A stretch of 64,000 nt of DNA from an uncultured Gammaproteobacteria bacterium. GTDB lineage: Bacteria > Pseudomonadota > Gammaproteobacteria > Eutrophobiales > Eutrophobiaceae. The stretch lies in NCBI GenBank assembly GCA_958295485.1, contig OY282354.1, positions 2,403,417 through 2,467,416 of the forward strand. The letters are read 5' to 3'. A model generated the notes under the pieces. That model ran no database searches. It had not been told where the DNA came from and saw nothing but the letters and a program-made list of their open reading frames with translations. Of this stretch, positions 48,287-59,547 are shown piece by piece; the first letter of the stretch is position 1; each line of letters begins with the position of its first letter. A program made the translations under genes and the position numbers.

Positions 48287-48471
48287 GGCAATCTTTCCTG
48301 AAACATGATAAGGAACCCCTGATTAAGAGGGTGTCACAACCCCTTGTCTCCCCCCTGACAAGGGGAGATCAAGGGGGTGGGGGCGCCCTGGCGAGGTTTG
48401 TTGCAGACCAGCGCGACAACCCCTGAATCCCCCCTTGTCAGGGGGACTTCGGGCACAGGCCCATGTATTCG

Positions 48472-48548
<77 letters not shown>

Positions 48549-48554
48549 GGATGT

Positions 48555-48630
48555 TGGTGGGCGCTGAGGGGCTTGAACCCGCGACCTCCGCCTTGTAAGG
48601 GCGGCGCTCTCCCAACTGAGCTAAGCGCCC
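48555..48630 (-). tRNA. tRNA-Val (TAC)
   Basis: Anticodon loop ctTACaa; acceptor gggcgct/agcgccc; one T-stem mismatch. Confidence 0.8.
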
Positions 48631-48840
48631 GGAAAGTATAGCAGTTTATAACATCCATGAGTAGTTTTCCAGGTTTATCGGGTATAACGAACAGCGGCAG
48701 CTCTTGGGGCATGATTGAAAGCGTAACCAAAATCGAGCTGTCCATACGACATCGTCATCCCGGACTTGAACCTGGATAACAACATTCCAGGGCCGGTTCC
48801 AGGGATGATTTTATTCCAGGGGTTGATTTCAGCCCCCTTG

Positions 48841-51258
48841 TCAATGGGGTCGAATAATACCTTTATCCTCGTCAGATTCAACCTTTTCCTTTTTCACGAT
48901 TTTTGCTTTTTCATCGCCGGTTTGTGGTTGGGGCCGGCGTTGCAACGCTATTTCCAGCACTTCGTCGATCCAGCGGACTGGCCTGATATCCAGATTTTGT
49001 TTGATGTTCTTGGGAATCTCGATCAGTTCCCTCTCATTCTCGAACGGGATTAGAACCGTATTGATGCCACCGCGTAACGCCGCCAGTAATTTTTCTTTCA
49101 GCCCGCCTATGGGAAGCACTTCTCCACGCAAGGTGATTTCACCGGTCATGGCGACGTTCGAGTGAACCGGGATACCTGTCAGGGCCGAGACCAGCGCCGT
49201 ACACATCGCTACCCCGGCGCTTGGCCCGTCTTTCGGCGTCGCCCCTTCCGGCACGTGGATATGAAAATCATGCTCTTTATAAAATCCCGCGCCAATCCCC
49301 AGCACTTCGCTGCGGCTTCGCACCACCGTCCGCGCCGCTTCGATTGATTCCTTCATCACATCCCCCAGGTGGCCGGTACGGATTGCTTCGCCTTTGCCTG
49401 GCACCACCGTTGCTTCAATAGTCAACAAATCACCACCGATCTCAGTCCACGCCAAACCTGTTACCTGACCTACCCGATCTTCTTCTTCAGCCCGTCCATA
49501 ACGGAATCTTTTAACGCCGATTAATTTCTCAAGTTTTGAAGGTATTACAGACAGGCGTTTCAAATCCGCTTTTTGCAACAATTTCGTCACGACCTTGCGA
49601 CAGATATTGGCTATTTCTCTTTCCAGGTTACGCACGCCCGCTTCACGGGTATAGTAGCGGATAATTTCCCCGATGGTCCCGTCACTGATGGTGATTTCCT
49701 CCGACTTGAGGCCATTCCGCTCCAATTGTTTGGGGATCAGGTACTTCTTGGCGATGTTAATTTTTTCATCTTCCGTATAACCGGAAATGCGGATGACTTC
49801 CATGCGGTCCAGCAGCGGGGGGGGGATATTGAGGGTGTTGGCCGTAGTCACAAACATCACCTCGGACAGGTCATAATCCACTTCCAGGTAATGATCGGCA
49901 AAGGTGTGGTTTTGCTCGGGGTCAAGCACCTCCAACAGCGCCGAGGCCGGGTCGCCGCGAAAATCCATAGCCATTTTGTCCACTTCGTCCAATAGCATGA
50001 GGGGATTTTTAGTACCCACCTTTGCCATGCTTTGCAATATCTTGCCGGGCAGGGAACCAATATAGGTGCGCCGATGTCCTCTTATCTCAGCTTCATCACG
50101 CACGCCGCCGAGGGACATGCGTATAAAGTTGCGATTGGTTGCGCGGGCAATCGAACGGCCCAGCGATGTTTTACCCACGCCCGGGGGACCGACCAGGCAT
50201 AATATCGGGCCTTTCAGCTGTTTCACCCGCTGTTGCACGGCCAGGTATTCGAGTATGCGTTCCTTGACTTTATCCAGGCCATAGTGATCTTCTTCCAATA
50301 TTCGCTCCGCTTTCTGGATATCCCGTGAGATTTTGCTGCGTTTCTTCCAGGGGACGTTTACCAGCCAGTCAACATAGTTTCTCACGACCGTAGCCTCAGC
50401 TGACATCGGCGGCATCATCTTTAATTTATTCAGCTCGGTTTCAGCTTTTTTCTTTGTATCCTTGGGCATGCCCGACTTTGCAATTTTCTGACCCAACTCT
50501 TCCAGTTCGTTAGGCGCTTCCCCCGCCTCGCCCAGTTCCTTCTGGATCGCTTTCATCTGTTCGTTCAAATAATATTCACGCTGGCTTTTTTCCATCTGTG
50601 ATTTAACCCGCCCGCGAATTTTTTTCTCCACTTGCAGGAGTTCAATTTCCGTTTCCATCAAATGGAGCAGGAACTCCAGGCGGCCATGAACATCCGCTTC
50701 TTCCAACACTGCCTGCTTCTCATCAATTTTGATCGACATATGCGCGGCAATAGTGTCAGCCAGGCGGGAGGCGTCATCAATGCTGGCCAGCGAAGACAGA
50801 ATTTCAGGGGGCACTTTCTTATTCAACTTCACGTATTGCTCGAACTGGTTCATCGCCGAGCGCGACAGTATATCCATCTCTCGCTCATCCAACTCCTTTG
50901 GTTCCAACAATTCTGTTCTTGCGGAAAACATCGAATCCGTTTCGATAAAATCAAGGATACGGGCGCGCTTGACGCCCTCGACCAGTACCTTGATTGTGCC
51001 ATCCGGCAGTTTCAGTAATTGCAGGATGTTAGACAAAGTACCGATTTCGTAAATCTCATCAACGCGGGGATCATCTTCAACGGCGCTCTTCTGCGCCACC
51101 AGGAGAATCTGTTTGTTGTCATCCATGGCGGCATCCAGCGCTATAATGGACTTCTCTCGTCCCACGAATAATGGAATGACCATATGTGGATAAACCACGA
51201 CATCGCGTAACGGCAAGACCGGAAAAACGTGAAACTGACTCTCTGAAATGGTTGACAT
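48841..51258 (-). CDS. lon: ATP-dependent protease Lon
   Basis: 805 aa, Walker [10 protein letters not shown], catalytic serine region PKDGPSAG. Confidence 0.95.
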   Translation of the reverse strand: MSTISESQFHVFPVLPLRDVVVYPHMVIPLFVGREKSIIALDAAMDDNKQILLVAQKSAVEDDPRVDEIYEIGTLSNILQLLKLPDGTIKVLVEGVKRARILDFIETDSMFSARTELLEPKELDEREMDILSRSAMNQFEQYVKLNKKVPPEILSSLASIDDASRLADTIAAHMSIKIDEKQAVLEEADVHGRLEFLLHLMETEIELLQVEKKIRGRVKSQMEKSQREYYLNEQMKAIQKELGEAGEAPNELEELGQKIAKSGMPKDTKKKAETELNKLKMMPPMSAEATVVRNYVDWLVNVPWKKRSKISRDIQKAERILEEDHYGLDKVKERILEYLAVQQRVKQLKGPILCLVGPPGVGKTSLGRSIARATNRNFIRMSLGGVRDEAEIRGHRRTYIGSLPGKILQSMAKVGTKNPLMLLDEVDKMAMDFRGDPASALLEVLDPEQNHTFADHYLEVDYDLSEVMFVTTANTLNIPPPLLDRMEVIRISGYTEDEKINIAKKYLIPKQLERNGLKSEEITISDGTIGEIIRYYTREAGVRNLEREIANICRKVVTKLLQKADLKRLSVIPSKLEKLIGVKRFRYGRAEEEDRVGQVTGLAWTEIGGDLLTIEATVVPGKGEAIRTGHLGDVMKESIEAARTVVRSRSEVLGIGAGFYKEHDFHIHVPEGATPKDGPSAGVAMCTALVSALTGIPVHSNVAMTGEITLRGEVLPIGGLKEKLLAALRGGINTVLIPFENERELIEIPKNIKQNLDIRPVRWIDEVLEIALQRRPQPQTGDEKAKIVKKEKVESDEDKGIIRPH

Positions 51259-51596
51259 AGCTACTTGGACCTCAAGTTATTATCGTCATGATGGGGGCGA
51301 TTGACGCGGATTTCAAGTGTTATTGGTTTTCAGCAGCAGTTCCCATCAACAGCAGGTTTGGTGACTGTTTTTCCGTTCCATGGGCTATTCCATGCTCATC
51401 CCTGGCGTTGGTCACTCCAAAACAGCCCCCAAGCCCACTTTATGACGAACAGAACAGGGGGAGTTCCCGGGTTTTCAGTTTTTAGTGAGAGTGAGCGGAA
51501 ATTGCCGGGGCGGGATGAAATCGAAAAATTATCGGCGAGTTTGGAAAACTTGCCTGAACCCTGAATTACCCGCCTCCGGGGCAAACTGAAAACCTG

Positions 51597-52877
51597 TCAA
51601 TCTGAAGCTACTTTTTGCAATTCAGTATTCTCGTATATCATCAGCGGCTTGGACTCTCCTGTAATTACCCCTCCATCAATGACTACCTTGGTCACTCCAT
51701 TCGTGGAAGGGAGCTCATACATGGTATCCAGCAGTACGTTCTCCAGGATCGACCGTAACCCGCGCGCGCCGGTTTTTCTTTCCATGGATTTCTTTGCGAC
51801 ACTGCGCAACGCCTCTTCCCGGAATTCAATTTCACAGCCTTCCATGTCAAACAGGCGCACATATTGCTTGGCGATGGCATTCTTCGGCTCAACCAGGATT
51901 TTGACAAGTTGTTCTTCATCCAGTTCATCCAGAGTCGCAATAACCGGCAAGCGACCGACAAATTCAGGAATGAGCCCATACTTGATCAAATCTTCAGGCT
52001 CAACCGTCCGGATCAAATCCCCCATACTCTTCCTGTCGGACAGGCTTTTCACTTCGGCGGAAAATCCAATGCCAGCCTTTTCCGACCGCTCACGAATAAT
52101 TTTATCCAGGCCGGCAAATGCGCCACCACAAATAAATAAAATATTACCGGTATCCACTTGCAGGAATTCTTGCTGCGGATGTTTACGGCCACCCTGGGGC
52201 GGCACAGACGCAAGCGTACCTTCGATCAATTTCAACAAGGCCTGCTGGACACCTTCGCCGGACACATCGCGGGTGATTGAAGGGTTATCGGACTTACGGG
52301 AGATTTTGTCTATCTCATCAATGTAGACTATACCCGTTTGCGCTTTTTCCACGTCGTAATCGCATTTCTGCAACAGCTTCTGGATAATGTTCTCGACGTC
52401 TTCTCCCACGTAGCCGGCTTCGGTCAAGGTGGTTGCATCAGCAATAGTAAACGGCACATTGAGCAACCTGGCCAGGGTTTCCGCCAACAGGGTTTTACCG
52501 CTTCCGGTAGGGCCGATAAGCAATACATTGCTTTTCGCCAGCTCTACATCGGATTTTTTAACGCCCTGCTCAAGGCGTTTATAATGATTATAAACGGCCA
52601 CCGACAAAATCTTTTTCGCAGTTTCCTGGCCAATGACATATTCTTCCAGAATCTCATTGATTTCACGCGGGGCCGGCAGGCTGCTGTTATCCCCGCTTAC
52701 TGATTTCTCCTGGATCTCTTCCCAGATGATATCATTGCATAATTCGACACACTCATCACAGATAAACACGGAAGGTCCGGCGATCAATTTACGCACTTCG
52801 TGCTGGCTTTTACCGCAGAATGAACAGTAGAGGAGCCTGTCGCCGTCCCCTGATTTACCCCGTCTATTGTTGCTCAT
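51597..52877 (-). CDS. clpX: ATP-dependent Clp protease ATP-binding subunit ClpX
   Basis: Zn-binding CSFCGKS...CDEC, Walker A GPTGSGKT. Confidence 0.95.
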   Translation of the reverse strand: MSNNRRGKSGDGDRLLYCSFCGKSQHEVRKLIAGPSVFICDECVELCNDIIWEEIQEKSVSGDNSSLPAPREINEILEEYVIGQETAKKILSVAVYNHYKRLEQGVKKSDVELAKSNVLLIGPTGSGKTLLAETLARLLNVPFTIADATTLTEAGYVGEDVENIIQKLLQKCDYDVEKAQTGIVYIDEIDKISRKSDNPSITRDVSGEGVQQALLKLIEGTLASVPPQGGRKHPQQEFLQVDTGNILFICGGAFAGLDKIIRERSEKAGIGFSAEVKSLSDRKSMGDLIRTVEPEDLIKYGLIPEFVGRLPVIATLDELDEEQLVKILVEPKNAIAKQYVRLFDMEGCEIEFREEALRSVAKKSMERKTGARGLRSILENVLLDTMYELPSTNGVTKVVIDGGVITGESKPLMIYENTELQKVASD

Positions 52878-52897
52878 GGCGCATCTTGATCAATATT

Positions 52898-52984
52898 TTC
52901 AGTTGTTGGTTTTCAGGGCTAAGGGGCAGGCATGTATCGACCTGGAACCAGAAACCGGAAACCAACAGTCCATCAATACAAAGT
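52898..52984 (+). repeat. Conserved ~85-nt hairpin-containing element, copy B, filling the clpP-clpX intergenic region (opposite strand to clpPX)
   Basis: Same blocks as copy A in the same + orientation. Confidence 0.8.
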
Positions 52985-52993
52985 CGTGCAGGC

Positions 52994-53629
52994 TTATTCA
53001 CCGTCTTCAAGTGTCTCTACGGATTGGCGTTCCGATAGAACCGCATCAATCAGCCCATAGCTCTTCGCCTCCTTCGAGCTCATGAATTTATCACGTTCCG
53101 TGTCTTTTTGTATTTTACCAATAGATTGGCCCGTATGCTTGACAAAAATTCTATTTAACCTCTCACGGGCCTTTAAAATTTCCCTGGCATGAATATCTAT
53201 ATCGGTTGCCTGGCCCTGGAAACCACCCAGGGGTTGGTGGATCATCACGCGGGAATGGGGCAGACAAAAACGCTTATCCCTGGCGCCGCCGGTTAATAAC
53301 AAGGCCCCCATGCTGGCTGCCTGTCCGACACACATCGTGCTTACATCCGGTTTGATAAACTGCATGGTATCGTAAACAGCCAAACCGGCCGAGACCGAGC
53401 CACCGGGGGAATTAATATAAAAATGGATGTCCTTGTCCGGGTTTTCGGATTCAAGAAACAGCAGCTGGGCGACAATTAAATTGGCCACGTGGTCTTCGAC
53501 GGCCCCCACCAGAAAGATCACCCTTTCCTTCAACAGGCGGGAATAAATATCATAGGCGCGCTCCCCGCGGGAAGTCTGCTCCACGACCATGGGCACCAGG
53601 TTAAGGGCTTTTATATCTTTATTTTCCAT
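52994..53629 (-). CDS. clpP: ATP-dependent Clp protease proteolytic subunit
   Basis: 211 aa, active-site GQAASMGA. Confidence 0.95.
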   Translation of the reverse strand: MENKDIKALNLVPMVVEQTSRGERAYDIYSRLLKERVIFLVGAVEDHVANLIVAQLLFLESENPDKDIHFYINSPGGSVSAGLAVYDTMQFIKPDVSTMCVGQAASMGALLLTGGARDKRFCLPHSRVMIHQPLGGFQGQATDIDIHAREILKARERLNRIFVKHTGQSIGKIQKDTERDKFMSSKEAKSYGLIDAVLSERQSVETLEDGE

Positions 53630-53642
53630 CTCTCTCTTGAAT

Positions 53643-54980
53643 TCAGGGATTAACTTCCATCTCCTCAGTCTGCCCTTTATTCACCAACTCGTCAAACGAC
53701 AGGCTCACTTTCTTTACCTTGCCTTGGGCCGCAACCCAGTCAATGACCTCGTCTTCCAGGGCTATCGCCTCGACTTCAGCAAGGCGCTCCTTATCATTGT
53801 AATACCAGTTGATTATACCTGATGAATCTTCATAGCTTTGCGCATTTTTCTCGATAATTTCCCTGACCCTCTCCGGCTTGGCTGTTAATCCCTGGGAGCG
53901 AACAATCTCACCCACCAGCAGCTGCAACGCGACGCGACGCCTTGCCGGTTCTTCAAACATGGGCAGCTCTGTGGCTTTGCGGGAATCCTCCACCGAGAGA
54001 CCCCGGGCCTTCATATTATCGGCAAGCTGATGCTGCATCCGATGAACTTCGGCATCTACCAGGATATTCGGCAGTTCAATTTCATTGGCGTCGTACAACG
54101 CCTGCATGATCGAGTCGCGAAAGCGGGAGCGAGCGGCGACCTCGGCTTCCCAGCCCATGTGCCGGTGGATTTCCCTGTGGAATGCCTCTTCACCGCCCTC
54201 AGTCACGCCGAATGCCTGGAAGAATTCTTCATTCAATTCAGGCAAAACCGGTTCCGAGACGGAATTGACCCTGATTTCAAAAGTCACCGGCTTCCCGGCC
54301 AGTTCTTCCTTGTGGTAGCCTTCGGGGAAATTCAGGTCCAGGCTGACGGTTTCATCTGCCGAAGCTCCAATCAAGCCAGTTTCGAAACCGGGAATGAGCC
54401 GCTCCATACCGATCTCAACCTGTAATCCTTCAGCCTCGCCACCTTCGAATATTTCACCACCAACAAGCCCTTTATAATCGATGTTGACAACGTCGTCCTT
54501 TTTTGCCGCTCGTTTCACCTGCTGCAATTGCCGCCGTTGCCCGCGCAGCTTCTCTATCATCCTCTTGGCGTCATCATCATTGATTTCACAGGTCGGTTTT
54601 TCAAATTCCAGCTTTTCAACGGGATTGAGCTTGATTTCCGGCATTACCTCGAACTTGGCCGTATAAGACAAACCCTTGCCTGAATCCGTCTTAAGCGGGG
54701 CAATCATCGGGGCGCCGATGGGCTTGAGGTTCTCCTGGACAATAGCCTCATTAAAAGAAGATCGCAGAATTTTATCAACCACTTCCCGGCGAACCTGGGT
54801 AGCGAAGCGTTGCTTGATCACGCGCAACGGCGCTTTGCCTGGTCGAAAGCCCTGCACCCGGGTCGTCCTGGTCATGGATTCAAGACGCTTATCCACTTCG
54901 GCAGAGATACGTTCCTCCGGCACCTCAACGGTGACACTTCTCCCCAGGGGGGACTCTGTTGTTTCAACCGATACCTGCAT
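53643..54980 (-). CDS. tig: Trigger factor
   Basis: Start [10 protein letters not shown] (M37 of the ORF); ribosome-binding GFRPGKAP motif. Confidence 0.9.
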   Translation of the reverse strand: MQVSVETTESPLGRSVTVEVPEERISAEVDKRLESMTRTTRVQGFRPGKAPLRVIKQRFATQVRREVVDKILRSSFNEAIVQENLKPIGAPMIAPLKTDSGKGLSYTAKFEVMPEIKLNPVEKLEFEKPTCEINDDDAKRMIEKLRGQRRQLQQVKRAAKKDDVVNIDYKGLVGGEIFEGGEAEGLQVEIGMERLIPGFETGLIGASADETVSLDLNFPEGYHKEELAGKPVTFEIRVNSVSEPVLPELNEEFFQAFGVTEGGEEAFHREIHRHMGWEAEVAARSRFRDSIMQALYDANEIELPNILVDAEVHRMQHQLADNMKARGLSVEDSRKATELPMFEEPARRRVALQLLVGEIVRSQGLTAKPERVREIIEKNAQSYEDSSGIINWYYNDKERLAEVEAIALEDEVIDWVAAQGKVKKVSLSFDELVNKGQTEEMEVNP

Positions 54981-55058
54981 TGCGGGTTTATCCTTGTTTG
55001 AACTCTCGGAATTAACCGAATAAAAAATTATAAATAATTCACAAAGCGTTGTGCAAAC

Positions 55059-55143
<85 letters not shown>

Positions 55144-55396
55144 ATTTATCCTCATCCAGGGAAACTCCGAATAATTCAGGGCTTTCTTGGATAATTTGGA
55201 CATTATGCGAAACTTTAACAAAAAAAGGAGCTTTGACAAAATTTACGGGCCAAAAGGAGGATGACTGAAAGTGTGGTCAAGAGAGGCTTGGGCAATCCTC
55301 TCATTGTCGTAAGAATATAAAAGCAGATTCTTCGCTTCGCTCAGAATGACGGGCAACGCGACCAGCGCGCCCTGCCCCCGGTCTTCTGTTCCCTGC

Positions 55397-55747
55397 CTAC
55401 AGGCATTCCTCAGTGAGGGATTTACAGGTACGCCGGCACTTTTTAAACATGCCGCCGACGTCCTGGTCAATAGACATACACCCCTCTCCCCAATGGGAAC
55501 AAACAGTGATGCATCTTTTCTCTCTTTTGTTTTCTTCACCTGTTGCGGGGAGAAGTAAACCGGCGGCTTCAGGTTGTGGCTGAATCCTGATTTTCGGCTG
55601 TCCTGTCGCAAGCATCAATGAGTTGGAACCCGACGTCGGCCCAAACGAATTGTGTGATAGTTGTTGTATATAAAGCGCGGCAGCAGGGGACGCCGTTCCC
55701 ATTACCAGGACAGACAGAATAAACAAAGATATAAATCGTTTCTTCAT
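55397..55747 (-). CDS. Hypothetical small secreted Cys-rich protein
   Basis: Signal peptide MKKRFISLFILSVLVMGTASPAAA; six Cys in the C-terminal 40 aa (C-x3-C ... C-x3-C). No homolog recognised. Confidence 0.4.
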   Translation of the reverse strand: MKKRFISLFILSVLVMGTASPAAALYIQQLSHNSFGPTSGSNSLMLATGQPKIRIQPQPEAAGLLLPATGEENKREKRCITVCSHWGEGCMSIDQDVGGMFKKCRRTCKSLTEECL

Positions 55748-55999
55748 GTGACAATTAGACTACATACTGATTAGACTGACAAGAGTAAAAAGGTTCAACA
55801 TGATCAGGGATTGACCTATTCCAACATATTCTGTTTCAAAAGGTGGCCAAAGTGGAAATCAAGCATATTGACCTGGACGAAAGCATGATCCGGGCTATCG
55901 CCAAACAGGCCGAAGCAGCGCGAGAGGGTTTTCTCGTTATATCGCCACTACCAGCCACACGGTGGCTTGCGCGTCCGCAGCAGGGGCTATCGTACACAA

Positions 56000-56075
56000 T
56001 GGTGGGCCGTCAGGGATTCGAACCCTGGACCTTGGGATTAAGAGTCCCCTGCTCTACCAGCTAAGCTAACGGCCC
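56000..56075 (-). tRNA. tRNA-Lys (CTT)
   Basis: Collinear with E. coli tRNA-Lys; anticodon loop ctCTTaa. Confidence 0.8.
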
Positions 56076-56133
56076 CAAAAGCGACTACATCACGACCCGG
56101 CCCAAAAGCGCCCGGAACACGCGCCGCGGAAAA

Positions 56134-56209
56134 TGGGGTGAGTGATGGGGATCGAACCCACGACCACCGGAACCACAATCCGGCGCTCTACCGCTGAGCT
56201 ACACTCACC
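56134..56209 (-). tRNA. tRNA-His (GTG) with encoded G-1
   Basis: Anticodon loop ttGTGgt; G-1:C73 pair. Confidence 0.8.
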
Positions 56210-56266
56210 ATTAAAACCTCAGGCGCCCCTGACAGGACTCACACCTGATCAGGCCGGCGGCCCGCT

Positions 56267-56539
56267 TCATTTTAATTGTGTATAGTGACCACCAATCGCA
56301 AATACATAGACGTAATGGTCATCGAACTTATAGATAATCCTGTCTTTTTGAGAAATGCGTCGAGACCAGAACCCTGACAGGTTATGCTTCAAAAGTTCGG
56401 GCTTTCCCAACCCCTTCGTCGGATCGTCTCTCAACATCTCTTTGATTATCCTGCACAGGGACTTATGAAGTTTCTTATCCTTAGCGCGTATTTCTTCATA
56501 AACGAACCAGGCGCTTCCTTCAAAAATCAGTGATCTCAT
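56267..56539 (-). CDS. yoeB: YoeB/Txe-family toxin (mRNA interferase)
   Basis: ...KPELLKHNLSGFWSRRISQKDRIIYKF... nearly identical to the E. coli YoeB core. Confidence 0.85.
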   Translation of the reverse strand: MRSLIFEGSAWFVYEEIRAKDKKLHKSLCRIIKEMLRDDPTKGLGKPELLKHNLSGFWSRRISQKDRIIYKFDDHYVYVFAIGGHYTQLK

Positions 56540-56792
56540 TCAATTCCTTTTTTGTTGGTTCATAACCCTCTCGTTTGTCATGTGTCTTCAGGGATTCTTC
56601 CATCTGCTTCATCAACTCTGCATTCTGTAACACATAAAGCGTTTCCCGTTCTCGATCCCAATCCTCGGCGCTGACTACAACAAAATCACCACCGTTACGC
56701 CTGATGACTTTCAGGGGATCATGCCGGGAGATTACCTGCTCGACAAATTTACGAAGATTATCTCTGAATTGATTAACGCTGACGGTTTCCAT
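56520..56792 (-). CDS. yefM: YefM/Phd-family antitoxin
   Basis: Start METVSVNQFRDNLRKFVEQV; overlaps yoeB by 20 nt. Confidence 0.8.
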   Translation of the reverse strand: METVSVNQFRDNLRKFVEQVISRHDPLKVIRRNGGDFVVVSAEDWDRERETLYVLQNAELMKQMEESLKTHDKREGYEPTKKELNEITDF

Positions 56793-56899
56793 TGATCTGA
56801 ATTCATGTACGGGATTTCCGTACAACTATAATCGAGTCAATAACAAAGTTCAACAGCAAATTTTACGGTTACGCCCTGTTTCTCCATATCAGCTCATAT

Positions 56900-56976
56900 T
56901 GGCGCGCCCGAGAGGACTCGAACCTCTAACCCTCGGCTTAGAAGGCCGATGCTCTATCCGGTTGAGCTACGGGCGC
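56900..56976 (-). tRNA. tRNA-Arg (TCT)
   Basis: Anticodon loop ctTCTaa; acceptor gcgcccg/cgggcgc. Confidence 0.8.
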
Positions 56977-57120
56977 GTCGCTGACTGCACGTCATAAACC
57001 ACATGCTCGCGAGGGTTGGAACCGGATTAAGAAATATTCAACGTTATTTTCCACATCCTGACGAATCCGGAACCTGTCCTGCGCTTGATATGGGTAACTT
57101 GCTCAGAGTACCCCTGAATT

Positions 57121-57197
57121 TGGTCGGGGCAGAGGGATTTGAACCCCCGACCCTCTGCTCCCAAAGCAGATGCGCTACCAGACTGCGCTATGCCCCG
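57121..57197 (-). tRNA. tRNA-Pro (TGG)
   Basis: Anticodon loop ttTGGga; collinear with E. coli proM. Confidence 0.8.
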
Positions 57198-57265
57198 ATG
57201 CCATGCGATGACAGGGAGGCGATGATACATCCAGGATGCAGGATCGTCAATTTAATGAAAATCAG

Positions 57266-58648
57266 CTATTTCATGCGCCAGGTGGTACCCTTGGCGCCAT
57301 CTTCCAATAATACGCCTTTTTCGGACAAATAATCACGGATGCGGTCCGCTTCGGCATAGTCTTTTTTTATCTTGGCCTGTACCCGCTCCTCAACCAGTTT
57401 TTCAATTTCTTCCGTAGAGACGCTCTTGTTAGCGACGCTGACATGCAAAAACTCGTGGGGAGATGACTGCATGAGGCCGAGCACGTTGCCAAGCTGTATT
57501 AATGTTTTGGCAAGATTGGCCGCCTCCACTGTTGATTTGTGTTCCAACTTGTTAATTTCGCCGGCAATCTCATGCAATACCGTCACCCCTTTACGGGTAT
57601 TGAAATCATCATCCATGACCTGTTCAAAACGCCGCCTGTGCCCAGGCAATACTTCACCCTGAGCGGGGTCAATATCCCGGATTGAAGTATAAAGCCGAGT
57701 CAGACCCGCCCTGGCTTCATCAAGATGCTCATCGGAGTAATTCAGCGGGCTGCGATAGTGACTGGAGAGTATGAAAAACCGGATCACCTCCGGCAGATAC
57801 CGCGCCATTACCTCCCGGATGGTAAAAAAATTGCCCAGGGATTTTGACATTTTCTCATCATCCACCCGGACAAATCCGTTATGCATCCAGACGTTCACGA
57901 ACGTCTTGCTGTTTGCGCCGCGACTTTGAGCGATCTCGTTTTCGTGATGTGGAAATTGCAGGTCCTGACCGCCGCCGTGAATATCAAAATCATCGCCCAG
58001 GCAATGGGTTGACATGGCGGAACATTCAATATGCCAGCCGGGACGACCCCGGCCCCAGGGAGATTCCCAACTGGGTTCGCCGGGTTTTTCCGCCTTCCAT
58101 AAAACAAAATCCACCGGGTCATCTTTCACGTCCTGCACTTCTACGCGTATCCCCGCCCGCAACTCTTCCAGGTTCTTTCCCGACAATTTTCCATAGTCCC
58201 TGAACTTGCTGACGTCATAAAATATGTCGCCGTTCTCCGCCTGGTAGGCGTACCCGTTAGCAAGCAACTGGCCGATCATCGTAATAATCTGCTCCATGTA
58301 GTCCGTAGCCCTTGGTTCCAAATCGGGAACGTCAACGTCCAGCGCGGCAAAATCCTCATTCATCGCCTTGATGAAACGCTCAGTCAACTCCTTGAAAGGC
58401 TCGCCGTTTCCCAGGGCGCGGTTGATTATCTTATCGTCGATGTCGGTGATGTTACGCACATAATTCACGTCATAACCACGAAAGCGCAAATAGCGGACGA
58501 CCATGTCAAATACCAATATCATGCGGGCATGACCTATATGACAGTAATCATAGACCGTGACGCCACACACATACATCCGCACCTTGCCGGGTTCGACAGG
58601 CTCGAATTTTTCCTTTTGTCGCGTTAATGAGTTATATATAGTCAGCAT
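57266..58648 (-). CDS. cysS: Cysteinyl-tRNA synthetase
   Basis: HIGH motif (CHIGHARM) and KMSKS motif. Confidence 0.95.
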   Translation of the reverse strand: MLTIYNSLTRQKEKFEPVEPGKVRMYVCGVTVYDYCHIGHARMILVFDMVVRYLRFRGYDVNYVRNITDIDDKIINRALGNGEPFKELTERFIKAMNEDFAALDVDVPDLEPRATDYMEQIITMIGQLLANGYAYQAENGDIFYDVSKFRDYGKLSGKNLEELRAGIRVEVQDVKDDPVDFVLWKAEKPGEPSWESPWGRGRPGWHIECSAMSTHCLGDDFDIHGGGQDLQFPHHENEIAQSRGANSKTFVNVWMHNGFVRVDDEKMSKSLGNFFTIREVMARYLPEVIRFFILSSHYRSPLNYSDEHLDEARAGLTRLYTSIRDIDPAQGEVLPGHRRRFEQVMDDDFNTRKGVTVLHEIAGEINKLEHKSTVEAANLAKTLIQLGNVLGLMQSSPHEFLHVSVANKSVSTEEIEKLVEERVQAKIKKDYAEADRIRDYLSEKGVLLEDGAKGTTWRMK

Positions 58649-58706
58649 TTATTAAAGCTTGTTGGCTTTGCATGAAGCGCGCATGGTATCAAAAAAGAGG
58701 GGGTTC

Positions 58707-59444
58707 ATGGACACATTATTCATCTCCGATCTTCACTTATCGGACAGACGTCCTGACAAGATCGAATTATTCAGGCAATTTTTAAATGGTCCCGCTCGCA
58801 CGGCAAAAGCGGTGTACATATTAGGCGACCTGTTTGAAAATTTCTGGGTGGGCAACGATGATCGCACGCCTCTCGCCGGGGAAGTGATCAACCTGTTAAA
58901 AGACTGTTGCCGACATAATGCTCAGGTTTACATCATCCGCGGAAACAGGGACTTGATGCTTGACGACGGCTTTACCACGCTGACAGGATGTAAATTGCTG
59001 GATGATGAGACCGTAGTAAAAATTGACGGCCAGGCAACATTGATTATGCACGGCGACCTGCTCTGCACTAAGGATACAAAATACCAATTATTTCGAAAGT
59101 TCATGGAAGCGCCTTTCATCCGCCGGCTGTTTTTGAGCTTTCCCTACAAATTACGCATTTATTTATCCCATGGCCTGCGACCATTCATGAAAAAATCCTC
59201 AGCGAAAAAGACCCGGGAGATAATCGACGTAGACCAGGCGGCCGTCAAGGCGACCATGACCAGGCATAAAATCACCGAATTAATTCACGGACATACTCAC
59301 AAACCCGGATTTCACCAATTCGAACTGGATGGACAACCGGCGCGACGCATCGTCCTGGGAGATTGGTATGCAGATGCTTCGATACTGGTTTGCCGAGCCG
59401 GAGAGAAGAAGCTCATTCGAATCCAGGACTACTTGCAGAACTGA
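58707..59444 (+). CDS. lpxH: UDP-2,3-diacylglucosamine hydrolase
   Basis: Start MDTLFISDLHLS after GAGGGGG; calcineurin-like metallophosphatase motifs (GDLF, GNRD, HGHTH). Confidence 0.85.
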   Translation: MDTLFISDLHLSDRRPDKIELFRQFLNGPARTAKAVYILGDLFENFWVGNDDRTPLAGEVINLLKDCCRHNAQVYIIRGNRDLMLDDGFTTLTGCKLLDDETVVKIDGQATLIMHGDLLCTKDTKYQLFRKFMEAPFIRRLFLSFPYKLRIYLSHGLRPFMKKSSAKKTREIIDVDQAAVKATMTRHKITELIHGHTHKPGFHQFELDGQPARRIVLGDWYADASILVCRAGEKKLIRIQDYLQN

Positions 59445-59527
59445 CGGGGGTCGAATTGACAGGGGCCGAACTGACGGGGGTCGAACTGACGGGGGTCGAA
59501 CTGACGGGGGTCGAACTGACGGGGCCT
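59438..59527. repeat. Tandem repeat, 15-nt unit GAACTGACGGGGGTC x ~6, starting inside the lpxH stop codon
   Basis: Units at 59438, 59453 (variant GAATTGACAGGGGCC), 59468, 59483, 59498, 59513 (partial). Confidence 0.9.
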
Positions 59528-59547
59528 GTCCCTGTTGCCCGACCGGG

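Noticed and set aside
48287-48471. Absence of hupB between lon and ppiD (replaced by tRNA-Val and tRNA-Asp)
   Set aside because: A synteny difference from E. coli only. hupB may be elsewhere in the genome, and there is no sign of deletion scars here.
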